A stretch of DNA of 64,000 nt, from NCBI GenBank assembly GCA_965223415.1, contig OZ245002.1:4512001-4576000 (forward strand). The letters run 5' to 3'. How positions within the stretch are numbered: the first letter of the stretch is position 1; each line of letters opens with the position of its first letter. Shown one piece after another: positions 1 through 12,572 of the stretch. Origin of the DNA: Myxococcota bacterium. Its GTDB lineage: Bacteria > Myxococcota_A > UBA9160 > UBA6930. Both the position numbers and the translations under genes were made by a program. The notes under the pieces were generated by a model. The model was not told where the DNA came from and made no database searches. It was given only the letters and a program-made list of their open reading frames with translations.

Positions 1-3547
<3,547 letters not shown>

Positions 3548-3551
<4 letters not shown>

Positions 3552-4507
3552 GGGGACGTCTCCTTGGCGCGGGCCGCGCTGGCGATGAAGGTCTCGGGGA
3601 GGTCGGCGCCCCGGGCGGCGGAGGCCTGCACCGAGACCTCGATCTGGCCCAGGCCCGCCGCGGAGAACGCGTCGCGGATCTCGTCGGGCGGGAAGCCGAG
3701 CCACTGCACGCCCAGCTCCTCCCGCATCCACTCCCGGTCGTGGCGCACGAAGTCGATCACGACCACCCAGCCGCCGGGCGCCACCACCCGCGCCATCTCG
3801 GCGAGGGCGTCGCCGGGGGAGGCCAGGTACTGGAGGACCATGTGGGCGAAGGCGGCGTCCACCTCGCCGTCGGCGAGGGGCAGCTGGGAGGCGTCGCCCT
3901 GCCGCAGCTCCACGCCGTGCAGGCCCTGCTCGTCGACCTTCGCCCGGGCGGCTTCGAGCATCGCCGGCGAGTGGTCGACGGCCACGACCTCGAGGCCGGC
4001 CTGGGCCAGCTCGAGGGCGAGCACGCCGGTGCCCGTGCCGATGTCCGCGACCCGCAGGCCCCGGGGCACGAGGCGGGTGAGGGCGCGGGCGCGCAGCAGC
4101 TCGTCGCCCCATACCTTGCGCAACGCGTCCCACTCCGGGCCGACCTCGTCGAAGAAGGAGCGGCTGCGGGCAGCGCGGGCGTCGATCACCCGGGCCACCG
4201 CCAGGGCGTCGCGCCGGGCGGCCGGGTCGTCGGCCAGGGCCCGCGCGACCAGCCCCCAGGCGTCGCGCCAAGTCGGATCCTCTGGCTCCGCGAAGCGGTA
4301 GAAGACGAAGGTGCCGTCGCGCCGATCGCCGAGCAGGCCCGCCTCCCGCAGGATGCCCAGGTGCCGGGAGACCCGGGACTGGGCCATGCCGAGCACCTCC
4401 ATCAGCTCCTGCACCGCCAGCTCCTCCCGGGCGAGCAGGCCCAGGATCCGCACACGGGTGGGATCGGACAGGGTCTTGAAGACCTTCTGGAGCTCGTCGC
4501 TGCTCAT
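3548..4507 (-). CDS. ArsR-family HTH regulator fused to class I SAM-methyltransferase domain (SahR-like)
   Basis: N-terminal [13 protein letters not shown]...[16 protein letters not shown] (ArsR HTH); C-terminal [12 protein letters not shown]-binding motif; translationally coupled to metH. Confidence 0.9.
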
Positions 4508-4565
4508 GCTCGGGTCGCATCGGCCGGGGGAGTGCTCATGCTCGGGGTCGCATCGGCGGGAGGAG
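4501..4565. repeat. Imperfect 32-33 bp direct duplication containing the regulator start codon
   Basis: tgctcatgctcgggtcgcatcggccgggggag followed by tgctcatgctcggggtcgcatcggcgggaggag. Confidence 0.85.
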
Positions 4566-4576
4566 AGGGTTGCTTG

Positions 4577-4601
4577 ATCCGTCCATCAGGATAAACGGAT
4601 G
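4577..4601. promoter_or_regulatory. Palindromic candidate operator upstream of the SahR-like/metH operon
   Basis: CATC-aggataaacg-GATG (4584-4601) and ATCCGT...ACGGAT (4577-4600), an AT-richer island about 75-95 bp upstream of the start codon. Confidence 0.45.
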
Positions 4602-4628
4602 AGGACCGTGCCGGTACCCCCGGTCGGC

Positions 4629-5477
4629 TCAGCGGAGCTGGATCTGGGGCGCGGCGACCGTGCCCCCCACGGCGATCTCGGCGCCGCCCCCCGCGTCCAG
4701 GCGGAATCCCTGCTGCTCGAGCATGCCCCGCAGGGAGGGGTCGACGTCCCGCATGAGGACCGTGAGGTCCAGGGCACCGGGTCGGCCCGCGCCGTCGAGG
4801 GCGAGGCTGCCGGCGGCCTCGAAGGACGCCAGGGGGCCTTGCAGGCTGCCCTGGTCCAGCGCGACCTGTCCGTCCTCGCCGAGCCGGAGCTCGGCCAGGA
4901 GGGTGTCGTAAGGAAGGGCGATCGGCAGGCTCGGCAGCGCCAGGCTCCCGTCGTTGCCCTTCACCGAGACCTCCCCGACCCAGAGGTGGCCCTGGCGTCG
5001 CACGTCCGATGCGCCGGAGAGGACGCCGTCCACCGGAAGCCCGTCGGGAGCCAGGGCCTCGGGGAGCGCTGCCGTGTCGATGCCGTCGAAGCGCCCGTCG
5101 AAGCCCGCCTCGCCCACGGGCCACACGGTGCCCACCACGGAGCCGCCGGCCAGCGCCAGCTCCACGCCGAGGGCGGGCTCGCCGGCCAGCCAGGACGTCG
5201 AGAGTGCCGGCCGCACACGCAGCCGCTCGAAGGCCAGGGGGCCGCGGCCCGGCACATGGACCACCAGGCCGTGGAGCACCGCCGCCGGTCCGGTGGCCGA
5301 CCAGCTGCCCTCGAGCCTCGCCAGCTCCATGCGCGTGCCCGTGGCCTGCTCGATCCGGCCGACCAGCCAGGGCGCGAGGCGCTCCCAGGGGAACTGGGCG
5401 ACGGCGAACATCAGGGTGAGGACCAGGCAGCCGGCCGCGATCGCCAGGCGGCGCAGCCAGCCCCCGCGCGGGCTCAC
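4629..5477 (-). CDS. gspN: Type II secretion system protein N
   Basis: GTG start overlaps the gspM stop; N-terminal TM then QFPWERL motif; beta-rich body; last gene of the gsp operon. Confidence 0.8.
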   Translation of the reverse strand: MSPRGGWLRRLAIAAGCLVLTLMFAVAQFPWERLAPWLVGRIEQATGTRMELARLEGSWSATGPAAVLHGLVVHVPGRGPLAFERLRVRPALSTSWLAGEPALGVELALAGGSVVGTVWPVGEAGFDGRFDGIDTAALPEALAPDGLPVDGVLSGASDVRRQGHLWVGEVSVKGNDGSLALPSLPIALPYDTLLAELRLGEDGQVALDQGSLQGPLASFEAAGSLALDGAGRPGALDLTVLMRDVDPSLRGMLEQQGFRLDAGGGAEIAVGGTVAAPQIQLR

Positions 5478-6028
5478 GACTCGATCGACTCGAAGGACGA
5501 GACCGTGAAGGTGACGTCCAGGAGCTCCGGCTTGTCGGCGCGGGTGCGAATGCGCAGGGTCTTGATGGAGAGCAGCTGGGCCGCCGACTCGATGCGGTGG
5601 AGGTAGTTCACGACCTGGGCGAGGGAGACGTTCTTCAGCACGACCTCGACCTTGGTCTCCTCGTAGGCATCGCTCGCCGCCGACTTGCGCGGCTCCATGG
5701 AGGCGACCTTGACGGCGCTCTCCCGCGCCAGCTCCTCCAGGGCGGTGAAGATCTCGCCGCGCGGCCCGGTGGTGATGCGGTCCCGCACCTGGCGCACCGG
5801 CGCCTCGATGCGGTCGTACTTGGCGCGCAAGGCGCGCACGGCCAGGAGCTGCTCCTCGGCCACCACGGCCCGGCGCCGGGCGTCGTCGGCCCAGCCGAGA
5901 GCCGGTGCGATCGCCAACAGGTAGAGGAGCGCCAGCGCCGCCGCGCCACCCGCGCCCCCGACCAGGAGCCGCTCCCGGCCCGAGAGCTCGCTCCAGGCGT
6001 CCTTCAACCGGTTCCACCAGGCCGTCAC
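5474..6028 (-). CDS. gspM: Type II secretion system protein M
   Basis: WSELSGRERLLV + TM + coiled coil + VEVVLKNVSLAQVVNYLHRIE; GTGA overlap with gspL stop. Confidence 0.85.
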   Translation of the reverse strand: MTAWWNRLKDAWSELSGRERLLVGGAGGAAALALLYLLAIAPALGWADDARRRAVVAEEQLLAVRALRAKYDRIEAPVRQVRDRITTGPRGEIFTALEELARESAVKVASMEPRKSAASDAYEETKVEVVLKNVSLAQVVNYLHRIESAAQLLSIKTLRIRTRADKPELLDVTFTVSSFESIES

Positions 6029-7590
6029 GGGGCCGCCTCCGGGGGCGCCAGGGAGATGCGCACGCTGAAGTTCGTGCCGCCCCTGCGTGTGTCGGTGGAG
6101 GCGTCGCCTACGGTGAGCTCGCGGAACAGAGCGGATTCGGTGAGCGCCTTCTCCAGCCGGTCCACGCCGCCGTACTCCGGGAGGTGTCCCTTGATCTGGA
6201 TCACCTGGCGGTCGATCGAGAGCTCCTCGAACACCACGCCCAGGTCCGGGGGCACGCGGCGGGAGAGCTCGGTCAGGATGTCGAGGGCGGAGAGATGGCC
6301 GCCGAAGACGCCGAGGGTGTCGGCTTCCTTCTCCACCTCGCGCAGGGCGCCTTGCAGGGCGGCCACCGGGTTGGAGGGGACGGCCCCGGGAAAGGCCTGG
6401 CTGTAGAGCTGCTGGGCCTCTGCCTCGGCACGCTGGGCGCGGCGTTCCTGGAGGAAGGCGTCGGTGCCGAGGGAGGCGCAGGCCAGGAGCAGGGCCAGGC
6501 CCCCGAGCAGCGCCGTGGGGCGCATCTCGCGGCTCATCTTGCGCAGGTCGACGCGCCGGGCGAACTCGTCCTTGCGGAAGTTCATCCGCGAGACGGCCTG
6601 GGCGCTGCCGCGCAGCGCCAGGGCGATGGCCGGGCCGAAGACCACTGGGTCGCCGCCGGCGAGGAGCGACGCACCCATCTCGCCCTTCGGCAGCGGCAGC
6701 CGGACGGTCTGCACCGAGGTGCGCTCGGAGAGGAAGCGGTCGAGCTCGTGGAGCCGGGCCGAGCCGCCCATCAGCACGATCTGGGGCGGGGACGGCGCCT
6801 CGCCGCCCTGCTCGAGCATCTCCTCCACCGAGCCCAGGGTGCGCAGCATCTCCCGGGCCAGACGGTCGATCACCTCGACGGCGCCGGGGCACTCGGCACG
6901 GCCGGCGCCGCCGAAGATGCCCTGCTCGATCTTGAGGCGCTCCGCCTCCAGATCGCCCAGGCCCCGATCTTTGGCGACGGCCCGGGTGATCGCCTCGCCG
7001 CCGACGGGCAGCGTGCGCGCGGCCACCGGGTGGCCGTCCAGGCACAGGCAGAGGGTCGTCTTGCGGTGACCGAGGTCGACCAGCAGGCGCGGTCCGGGCA
7101 GCTCGAAGGCGCTGGCCAGATTGGCGAGCACCAGGCCCTCGGCCTCGACGACGCGCACCTCGACGCCGGCCTCGTGCAGCATCTCGAGCAGCAGCGTCAC
7201 CTCGCTGCGGGGCGCCAGGGTGGCCGCCACCTCCGCGCGCTCCCTGCGCTCGGCCACCACCTCCCAGTCGACCACGAACTCGTCCAGGTCGAAGGGCACC
7301 TGGGCCTCCAGCTCGAAGGGCACGGCCGGGCCGATCTTGCGCTTGTCGCGGAAGGGGAAGGTGAGGCGCCGGCTGGAGACCCGGTCGCCGGCCAGGGCCA
7401 CCACCGCGCCGGTCTCCGGCAGGTCGTGGAGCTGCAGGAACTCGCGAATCTCGACGGCGAGAGACGGCGACGGATCGTCCAGGGGCAGCGTGCGCAGCTG
7501 CACGACCTCGAGATCGCGGAGCGTCTGGCGCAGCTCCACGGCCTTGATCGCGTGGCTTCCCAGGTCGAGCCCCAGGATGCGCCTGGCCAT
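6025..7590 (-). CDS. gspL: Type II secretion protein L (PilM-like actin-fold plus PilN-like [11 protein letters not shown] part)
   Basis: ILGLDLGSHAIKAVEL, LLVDLGHRKT and LMGGSARL actin-fold motifs, then a TM and PilN-like C-terminus; located between gspK and gspM. Confidence 0.85.
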   Translation of the reverse strand: MARRILGLDLGSHAIKAVELRQTLRDLEVVQLRTLPLDDPSPSLAVEIREFLQLHDLPETGAVVALAGDRVSSRRLTFPFRDKRKIGPAVPFELEAQVPFDLDEFVVDWEVVAERRERAEVAATLAPRSEVTLLLEMLHEAGVEVRVVEAEGLVLANLASAFELPGPRLLVDLGHRKTTLCLCLDGHPVAARTLPVGGEAITRAVAKDRGLGDLEAERLKIEQGIFGGAGRAECPGAVEVIDRLAREMLRTLGSVEEMLEQGGEAPSPPQIVLMGGSARLHELDRFLSERTSVQTVRLPLPKGEMGASLLAGGDPVVFGPAIALALRGSAQAVSRMNFRKDEFARRVDLRKMSREMRPTALLGGLALLLACASLGTDAFLQERRAQRAEAEAQQLYSQAFPGAVPSNPVAALQGALREVEKEADTLGVFGGHLSALDILTELSRRVPPDLGVVFEELSIDRQVIQIKGHLPEYGGVDRLEKALTESALFRELTVGDASTDTRRGGTNFSVRISLAPPEAAP

Positions 7591-7644
7591 GGATCGTCCC
7601 CTTCCATCTTCACCTTCCGCGCGCCCGGCTCCGGCCTCTCCGCG

Positions 7645-8676
7645 TCATCGAACGTCCCAGGCGAGCCAACGGGGCTGGGCCGGCTCGCTGCGGTCCACCC
7701 ACGCCGTCACCGTGCGCTGGATGTCACCGTAGCGGGCGATGGACTCGACGCGAAAGACGTCGGTCTGGAAGGTCGCGGGGGGGAAGACCGTCCCCTCGAC
7801 CGCCTGCTCGAGGGCCGTGCAGCGGGGGTCGGTCCCCTCTTCGCACAGCAGATCGCCGTCCTCCCGCAGCTCCAGGACGTCGCGGACGGTATCGGACACC
7901 GCGAAGCGGTAGTCGTCGCTCGTGCCGTGGAAGAGGAGCGCCAGGATCCAGGGCGGGGCGGTGTTGGGGTTGATGCCGTCGGCAGACGTGAGGGGATGCA
8001 CCGACACGTAGGGGCGAAGGGCCTCCACCAGGCGCGCGTCGAAGTCCTCGACGAGCGCCAGCTCGTCCACGGAGAGGAGCGGGCGGTTCGCCGCCCGGTA
8101 CGGGGGATCCTGCAGCTGGTAGTAGTCGTCCTCGAGGCCGCCGAAGATCCGCACGTCGTCCTCGTCCAGGTAGTCGAGGAGATTTCGGGCCAGCTCCTCG
8201 GCATCGTAGCTCCTCTCTTCGGCGCCCCCCGGAATCTCCTGGATGACCCGGTCGAGGAGCTCGGTCAGGAAGGGCTCCGCCATCTCGTCGCGGACCGCGC
8301 CGTCGGCGACGAGGGCGTTCAGGTTGAGCCGCGAGCCGGCGTCCTCGATGCGCAGCCGCAGCTCGCCGCCGTCGGTCACCCGGAGCGGCGCGGCGGCGAC
8401 CCGGGCCCAGAGCTCGTCGCGGGTCTCGGCCCGCAGCTCGTTCGCGGTCTCGTCCAGGCGATCCTGGATCAGGAGTGCCATGGCCAGGCGCACGCCCCCC
8501 CGGGCCAGGGCCTCGCAGCGGGCGGCGTAGTCCCGGTTGCGGGCGACCATCCCGTCGACGGTGGCCTTGCGCAGGAAGGTCGCGATGCCGGTGACCGCCA
8601 GCAGCACGAAGAACATCACTGCCACGAGCGCCAGGCCGGCGCGCCGCCTGTCGGGAGCGTGGCTCCGCACCGTCAT
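7645..8676 (-). CDS. gspK: Type II secretion minor pseudopilin K
   Basis: RRRAG|LALVAVMFF prepilin-like leader lacking E5; IEDAGSRLNLNAL and INPNTAP GspK motifs. Confidence 0.88.
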   Translation of the reverse strand: MTVRSHAPDRRRAGLALVAVMFFVLLAVTGIATFLRKATVDGMVARNRDYAARCEALARGGVRLAMALLIQDRLDETANELRAETRDELWARVAAAPLRVTDGGELRLRIEDAGSRLNLNALVADGAVRDEMAEPFLTELLDRVIQEIPGGAEERSYDAEELARNLLDYLDEDDVRIFGGLEDDYYQLQDPPYRAANRPLLSVDELALVEDFDARLVEALRPYVSVHPLTSADGINPNTAPPWILALLFHGTSDDYRFAVSDTVRDVLELREDGDLLCEEGTDPRCTALEQAVEGTVFPPATFQTDVFRVESIARYGDIQRTVTAWVDRSEPAQPRWLAWDVR

Positions 8677-9635
8677 TCGCAGCCCACCACGACGCTGGCG
8701 TCGATCTCGAGGGTGTCGGCCACGTCCAGGAAGCACTCGTCGGCCACCTGGGCGAAGAGCTCCGGGAAGCCCAGCGGGTCGGCGGCCTCCGCGGCGGCGA
8801 AGACCGGCTCGTTCTGGCCGCGACACTCGGCGACCGTCACGCACTCCTCGTCGGCGTCGTCCTCCGACGCGAGCTCCTCCGGCGAGAGGTCGAGGGGTCG
8901 CACCGGCAGCACGACCCGCCGGATGCTCGGCTCGGGCTCGTCGCCAAAGCCGGGCTCCGGGGCGTCCGGACCCTGCAGGGCCAGGCGCAGCTCGACCTGC
9001 ACGGGCAGCTCCCCCGCCCGCTCCAGGCCGATGGCCGAGTCCCAGCGATCGGTCCAGCTGCCCTCCTCGTCCTGGAGCCGCACCCCGAAGGAGGCCACGT
9101 TCTCGGCCAGGACCTGGACGCCCGGGTCGCCCCGGCGCGGGAAGCGCTGGTCGAGGCTCTCCGGAAGATGGGCCTCGGACCAGCGCAGGAGCTCGAGGGC
9201 CCGGCCCTCGTCGTCCCGGGCGGTGAAGTAGGCGACCACCGCCAGGTCCGACTCGCGGCGGGTGCTCGAGCGGGGCCGGTGGGCGCGGGTCTGGAACTTC
9301 AGCCGGTCGGCGCCGTCGCCGCCGCGGCTCTCCTCGGCCAGGAAGAACCAGGGGTGGGCCAGTCGCTCCAGCTCCGCCGGCTTCTTCACGAGCACGGTCT
9401 CCTGGAGCTCCCGCGCCAGGCGATCGAGGGTCAGCGCCGCGCGCCGCTCGTTCTCCGTGAGCGCCACGGCGGCGGCGCTCTGGCGGGAGATCTGGAGGTA
9501 GAAGTTGATGGCGAGGGTCATCACGATCACGGTGAAGAGCATCACGAACATCATCTCGATGAGGGTGAAGGCCTCATCGCGGACCCGGCGGCCCCGCCCG
9601 GTGAGAGGGCTCACGCGCGGGGTGAGGGGCGTCAC
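8673..9635 (-). CDS. gspJ: Type II secretion minor pseudopilin J
   Basis: EA|FTLIEMM N-methylation motif; C-terminal LPVQVELRL; operon position. Confidence 0.8.
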   Translation of the reverse strand: MTPLTPRVSPLTGRGRRVRDEAFTLIEMMFVMLFTVIVMTLAINFYLQISRQSAAAVALTENERRAALTLDRLARELQETVLVKKPAELERLAHPWFFLAEESRGGDGADRLKFQTRAHRPRSSTRRESDLAVVAYFTARDDEGRALELLRWSEAHLPESLDQRFPRRGDPGVQVLAENVASFGVRLQDEEGSWTDRWDSAIGLERAGELPVQVELRLALQGPDAPEPGFGDEPEPSIRRVVLPVRPLDLSPEELASEDDADEECVTVAECRGQNEPVFAAAEAADPLGFPELFAQVADECFLDVADTLEIDASVVVGCE

Positions 9636-10195
9636 TCGAGCTCTCCGGCGGGGTCGTCCGGGTCGACATCCGGATCGCCACCGGCCTGGGAGCTCGCGGT
9701 GGGCAGGTCCGCCGCGGCCGTCTGGGCGTCGAAGCCGAAGGTGGTGCGGCGCACCTCCTGGGTGTGGATGCCTTCCTTCCAGGTCACGGCGATCTCGATC
9801 TCGACTACCGGCGGCGTGGCGCCGAGCCCGTCGCCGGCGACCAGGCCCAGGGGAGGCCCCAGGTCCCGCCGATCGCCCAGCTCGAGGCCGAGGGTCGCCG
9901 GGTCGAGGGGGCGGGCTTCGAGCACAATGCCGAACTCCCCCTCGTCGAGGTTCTGCTGGCCGACCTGGGGAACGACGCCGCCCAGGAGCCCGGCCTCCAG
10001 GTCCGCCACGAGGCGGTCCGCCAGCAGCGAGGCGGCCAGGCGCCGGTGGGCGTCTCCCTCGAGCTGCATGCCGTCGACGGCGGCGCGGGTCAGCAGGGTC
10101 ACGACGATCCCGAGGGCGAGCACCGCCACCATCACTTCGAGCAGGGTGAAGCCCGGGTGCCGTACGTGGCCGGTTCTGCGCGCCGCCCTGCCCAT
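9632..10195 (-). CDS. gspI: Type II secretion minor pseudopilin I
   Basis: PG|FTLLEVMVA motif; VEIEIAVTW C-terminal strand; start taken at ATG 10195. Confidence 0.8.
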   Translation of the reverse strand: MGRAARRTGHVRHPGFTLLEVMVAVLALGIVVTLLTRAAVDGMQLEGDAHRRLAASLLADRLVADLEAGLLGGVVPQVGQQNLDEGEFGIVLEARPLDPATLGLELGDRRDLGPPLGLVAGDGLGATPPVVEIEIAVTWKEGIHTQEVRRTTFGFDAQTAAADLPTASSQAGGDPDVDPDDPAGELE

Positions 10196-10199
10196 CGCG

Positions 10200-10793
10200 T
10201 CAGCCGCCGAGCCGAGCGATGCGGATGCGATCGGCCATCGGCGAGAGCGAGAGCACGATTCGGTGGCCGGCCTCGGAGGTGAGCCAGACATCGGTGGCCT
10301 CGGAGCTGCCGTCCGCGGCGAAGGGCAGGGCCACCTGGCCCCGCTCCTCGCGGCCCGCTTCCGTCTCGATCGCTGCGAGCCAGACGCCGGCCGCGGGCGC
10401 ACGGGGGCGACCGGGCGGGCCCGGCGCCGGCAGGTAGAGGGCCTCGTCGCCGCGCGGCGCGGCCAGGGGCAGCTCCGAGAGCGCCGCCCAGCCCTCCACC
10501 GGCTCACCGGTCGCCACTTGCGGCGGGCTCAGGCTCTCCAGCCAGTAGCGCTGCGCGTCGAGGTCCACGACCACCCGCTGGGGCTGGCCGGTCATCACCG
10601 CGCGCTGGCGGCCGAACTCGAGCAGCGCCGCCAGGGATTCCGCTTCCTGGAGCGAGACGCGGCTGCCCCGCAGGCCCAGGTTCGGGATCGCCACGGCGGC
10701 GAGCAGCGCGATGAGCAGCGTCACCGCCACCAGCTCGATCAGCGTGAAGGCCCGCTCCAGGGCGCGGCGATGGCCGGAGCGGCGCGTCCTCAT
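10200..10793 (-). CDS. gspH: Type II secretion minor pseudopilin H
   Basis: RA|FTLIELVAV motif; ATG overlaps the gspG stop (ATGA). Confidence 0.82.
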   Translation of the reverse strand: MRTRRSGHRRALERAFTLIELVAVTLLIALLAAVAIPNLGLRGSRVSLQEAESLAALLEFGRQRAVMTGQPQRVVVDLDAQRYWLESLSPPQVATGEPVEGWAALSELPLAAPRGDEALYLPAPGPPGRPRAPAAGVWLAAIETEAGREERGQVALPFAADGSSEATDVWLTSEAGHRIVLSLSPMADRIRIARLGG

Positions 10794-11269
10794 CCGTTCT
10801 GGGACTCCCAGTTGCCGATGTCGGCGTTCGTGTCGCTGCCGCCGGGCTGGTTGTCCGCGCCGTAGGACCAGATGTCGTAGGTCTCCGGGTTGTGGGTCCC
10901 GGGCGCCTCGTACTGGAAGGCCTCGCCCCAGGCGTCCTTGGGCAGCGATTTGCTCGAGAGGTAGCCGCCGGGGCGGTAGTTGCGCGGCTCGGGCCCGGAG
11001 GCCGGGCGGGTCACCAGGGCCGAGAGGCCCTGCTCGCTGCTCGGGAAGCGGCCGTTGTCCATCTGGTAGAAGGCCAGGGCGCCCTCGATCTGCTTGATCT
11101 GGGTTCGGGTCGTCTCCATGCGGGCGACGTTGATGCGGTCGAACACGGCGGTTCCGACCAGGCCCATCAGCAGGGCCATGATCACGACCACCGCCATGAT
11201 CTCGATGAGCGAGAAGCCGCGCCGGCGCCGGGGGCGGGAGCGCTCGTGCGGGCGGAAGGGAGCGGGCAT
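10790..11269 (-). CDS. gspG: Type II secretion major pseudopilin G
   Basis: RG|FSLIEIMAVV; YQMDNGRFPSSEQGLSALV; PKDAWG; SYGADNQPGG...DIGNW. Confidence 0.96.
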   Translation of the reverse strand: MPAPFRPHERSRPRRRRGFSLIEIMAVVVIMALLMGLVGTAVFDRINVARMETTRTQIKQIEGALAFYQMDNGRFPSSEQGLSALVTRPASGPEPRNYRPGGYLSSKSLPKDAWGEAFQYEAPGTHNPETYDIWSYGADNQPGGSDTNADIGNWESQNG

Positions 11270-11281
11270 GGGAAGTCTCCT

Positions 11282-12526
11282 CTACTGGATCGAGCTCGTG
11301 AGCTCGAGAAGGGGCATCAGGGTCGAGAGCATGATCACCAGCACGACACCCACCATGATGAGGATCAGGAAGGGCTCGAGCAGCGCGGTGATGCGGGTGA
11401 CCGTGTTCTCCACCTGCTCTTCGTAGGTGTCGGCGACCTTGGCCAGCATGCCCTGGAGGTCGCCGCTGCGTTCGCCCACGTCGACCATGTGGGTGACCAG
11501 CGGTGGGAAGTGGCCACTCGCGCGCAGCGGTGCCGAGATGGAGGCGCCCTCGGTGATCGAGTTGCGCGCCTGCTCCACCGCGTCGCCGATCACCGTGTTG
11601 GCGGCCACGTGGCGCGAGATGTCCAGGGAGCGCACGATCGGGATGCCGCCGGCGAGGAGTGTCGCCAGGGTGCGCGTGAAGCGGGAGATGGCGAGCTGGC
11701 GGAAGATCTTGCCCATCAGCGGGACGCGGAGCAGCAGGCCGTCCCAGACGTGGCGGCCGCGCTCGGTGGCGATGAACGCGCGCAGGCCCGCCACCCCGGC
11801 GAAGAGCGCGAGGCCCACCGCCCACCACCAGGAGCGCAGGAACTCGGACATGTCGATGACCACGCGGGTGTAGATGGGCAGCGGCCGGTCGAGGCTCTCG
11901 AGCAGCTGGGTGATCTGGGGCAGCACGATCGTCACCAGCACCACCACGACCGAGACCGCGACCATCATCATCACCGCGGGATAGAGCAGGATCGAGACGA
12001 CCTTGTTGCGGGTGCGCACCTGCCCCTCGAGGTAGTCGGCCAGGCGGTCGAGGACCGTCTCGAGGGCGCCGCCGGTCTCGCCTGCCCGCACCATGCTCAC
12101 GTAGAGGTTGTTGAAGGGGCCGGCGGAGGCGAGGGCGTCCGCCAGGGTGGCGCCTTCGTTCACCCGATCGCGCACGATGCCGAGCAGGCTCTTCAGCCGG
12201 GCGTTCTCCACCTGCTCGGTGAGGGCGCCCAGGGATTCGACCAGCGGGATGCCGGCGCCGAGCAGGGTCGCGAGCTGGCGGGTGGCGATGGCGAGATCGG
12301 TTCCCGAGACACGGCGGAAGCTGGCATTCGCCCACAGGGCCGAGGCCGTGGGCCGCTCTCCACTGCCGGCCGCGGCCTTGGGGGCCGCGGCGCTCTCGGT
12401 GAGCTCCGTCAGGAAGACGCCGTCGCGCCGCAGCTTCTGGCGGGCGGTCCGGTCGCTGTCCGCGTCGACGAAGCCCTTCGTCGCGCGGCCGCCGTCGGTG
12501 ACGCCCTTGTACGCATAGACCGGCAC
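11282..12526 (-). CDS. gspF: Type II secretion inner membrane platform protein F
   Basis: TRQLATLLGAGIPL, YVSMVRAGETGGAL, GERSGDL, LLEP motifs. Confidence 0.96.
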   Translation of the reverse strand: MPVYAYKGVTDGGRATKGFVDADSDRTARQKLRRDGVFLTELTESAAAPKAAAGSGERPTASALWANASFRRVSGTDLAIATRQLATLLGAGIPLVESLGALTEQVENARLKSLLGIVRDRVNEGATLADALASAGPFNNLYVSMVRAGETGGALETVLDRLADYLEGQVRTRNKVVSILLYPAVMMMVAVSVVVVLVTIVLPQITQLLESLDRPLPIYTRVVIDMSEFLRSWWWAVGLALFAGVAGLRAFIATERGRHVWDGLLLRVPLMGKIFRQLAISRFTRTLATLLAGGIPIVRSLDISRHVAANTVIGDAVEQARNSITEGASISAPLRASGHFPPLVTHMVDVGERSGDLQGMLAKVADTYEEQVENTVTRITALLEPFLILIMVGVVLVIMLSTLMPLLELTSSIQ

Positions 12527-12572
12527 GCCGCTGGCCTCCCACTGGCTGGAGGGGGTGGTGTTGGAGGCGGCC

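Noticed and set aside
4508..4628. SAM or cobalamin riboswitch upstream of the metH operon
   Set aside because: The region is short and mostly explained by the duplication and palindrome; no recognisable riboswitch consensus by eye (an Rfam scan would settle it).
7591..7648. Mini-ORF relay between gspK and gspL
   Set aside because: An ATGA-coupled 12-codon ORF exists, but its stop does not overlap the gspL start, which has its own SD.
5905..9231. 1108-aa plus-strand ORF and similar long shadows (51765-55385, 57428-60043, 18977-21286)
   Set aside because: Opposite-strand or off-frame shadows of well-supported genes; no recognisable motifs.
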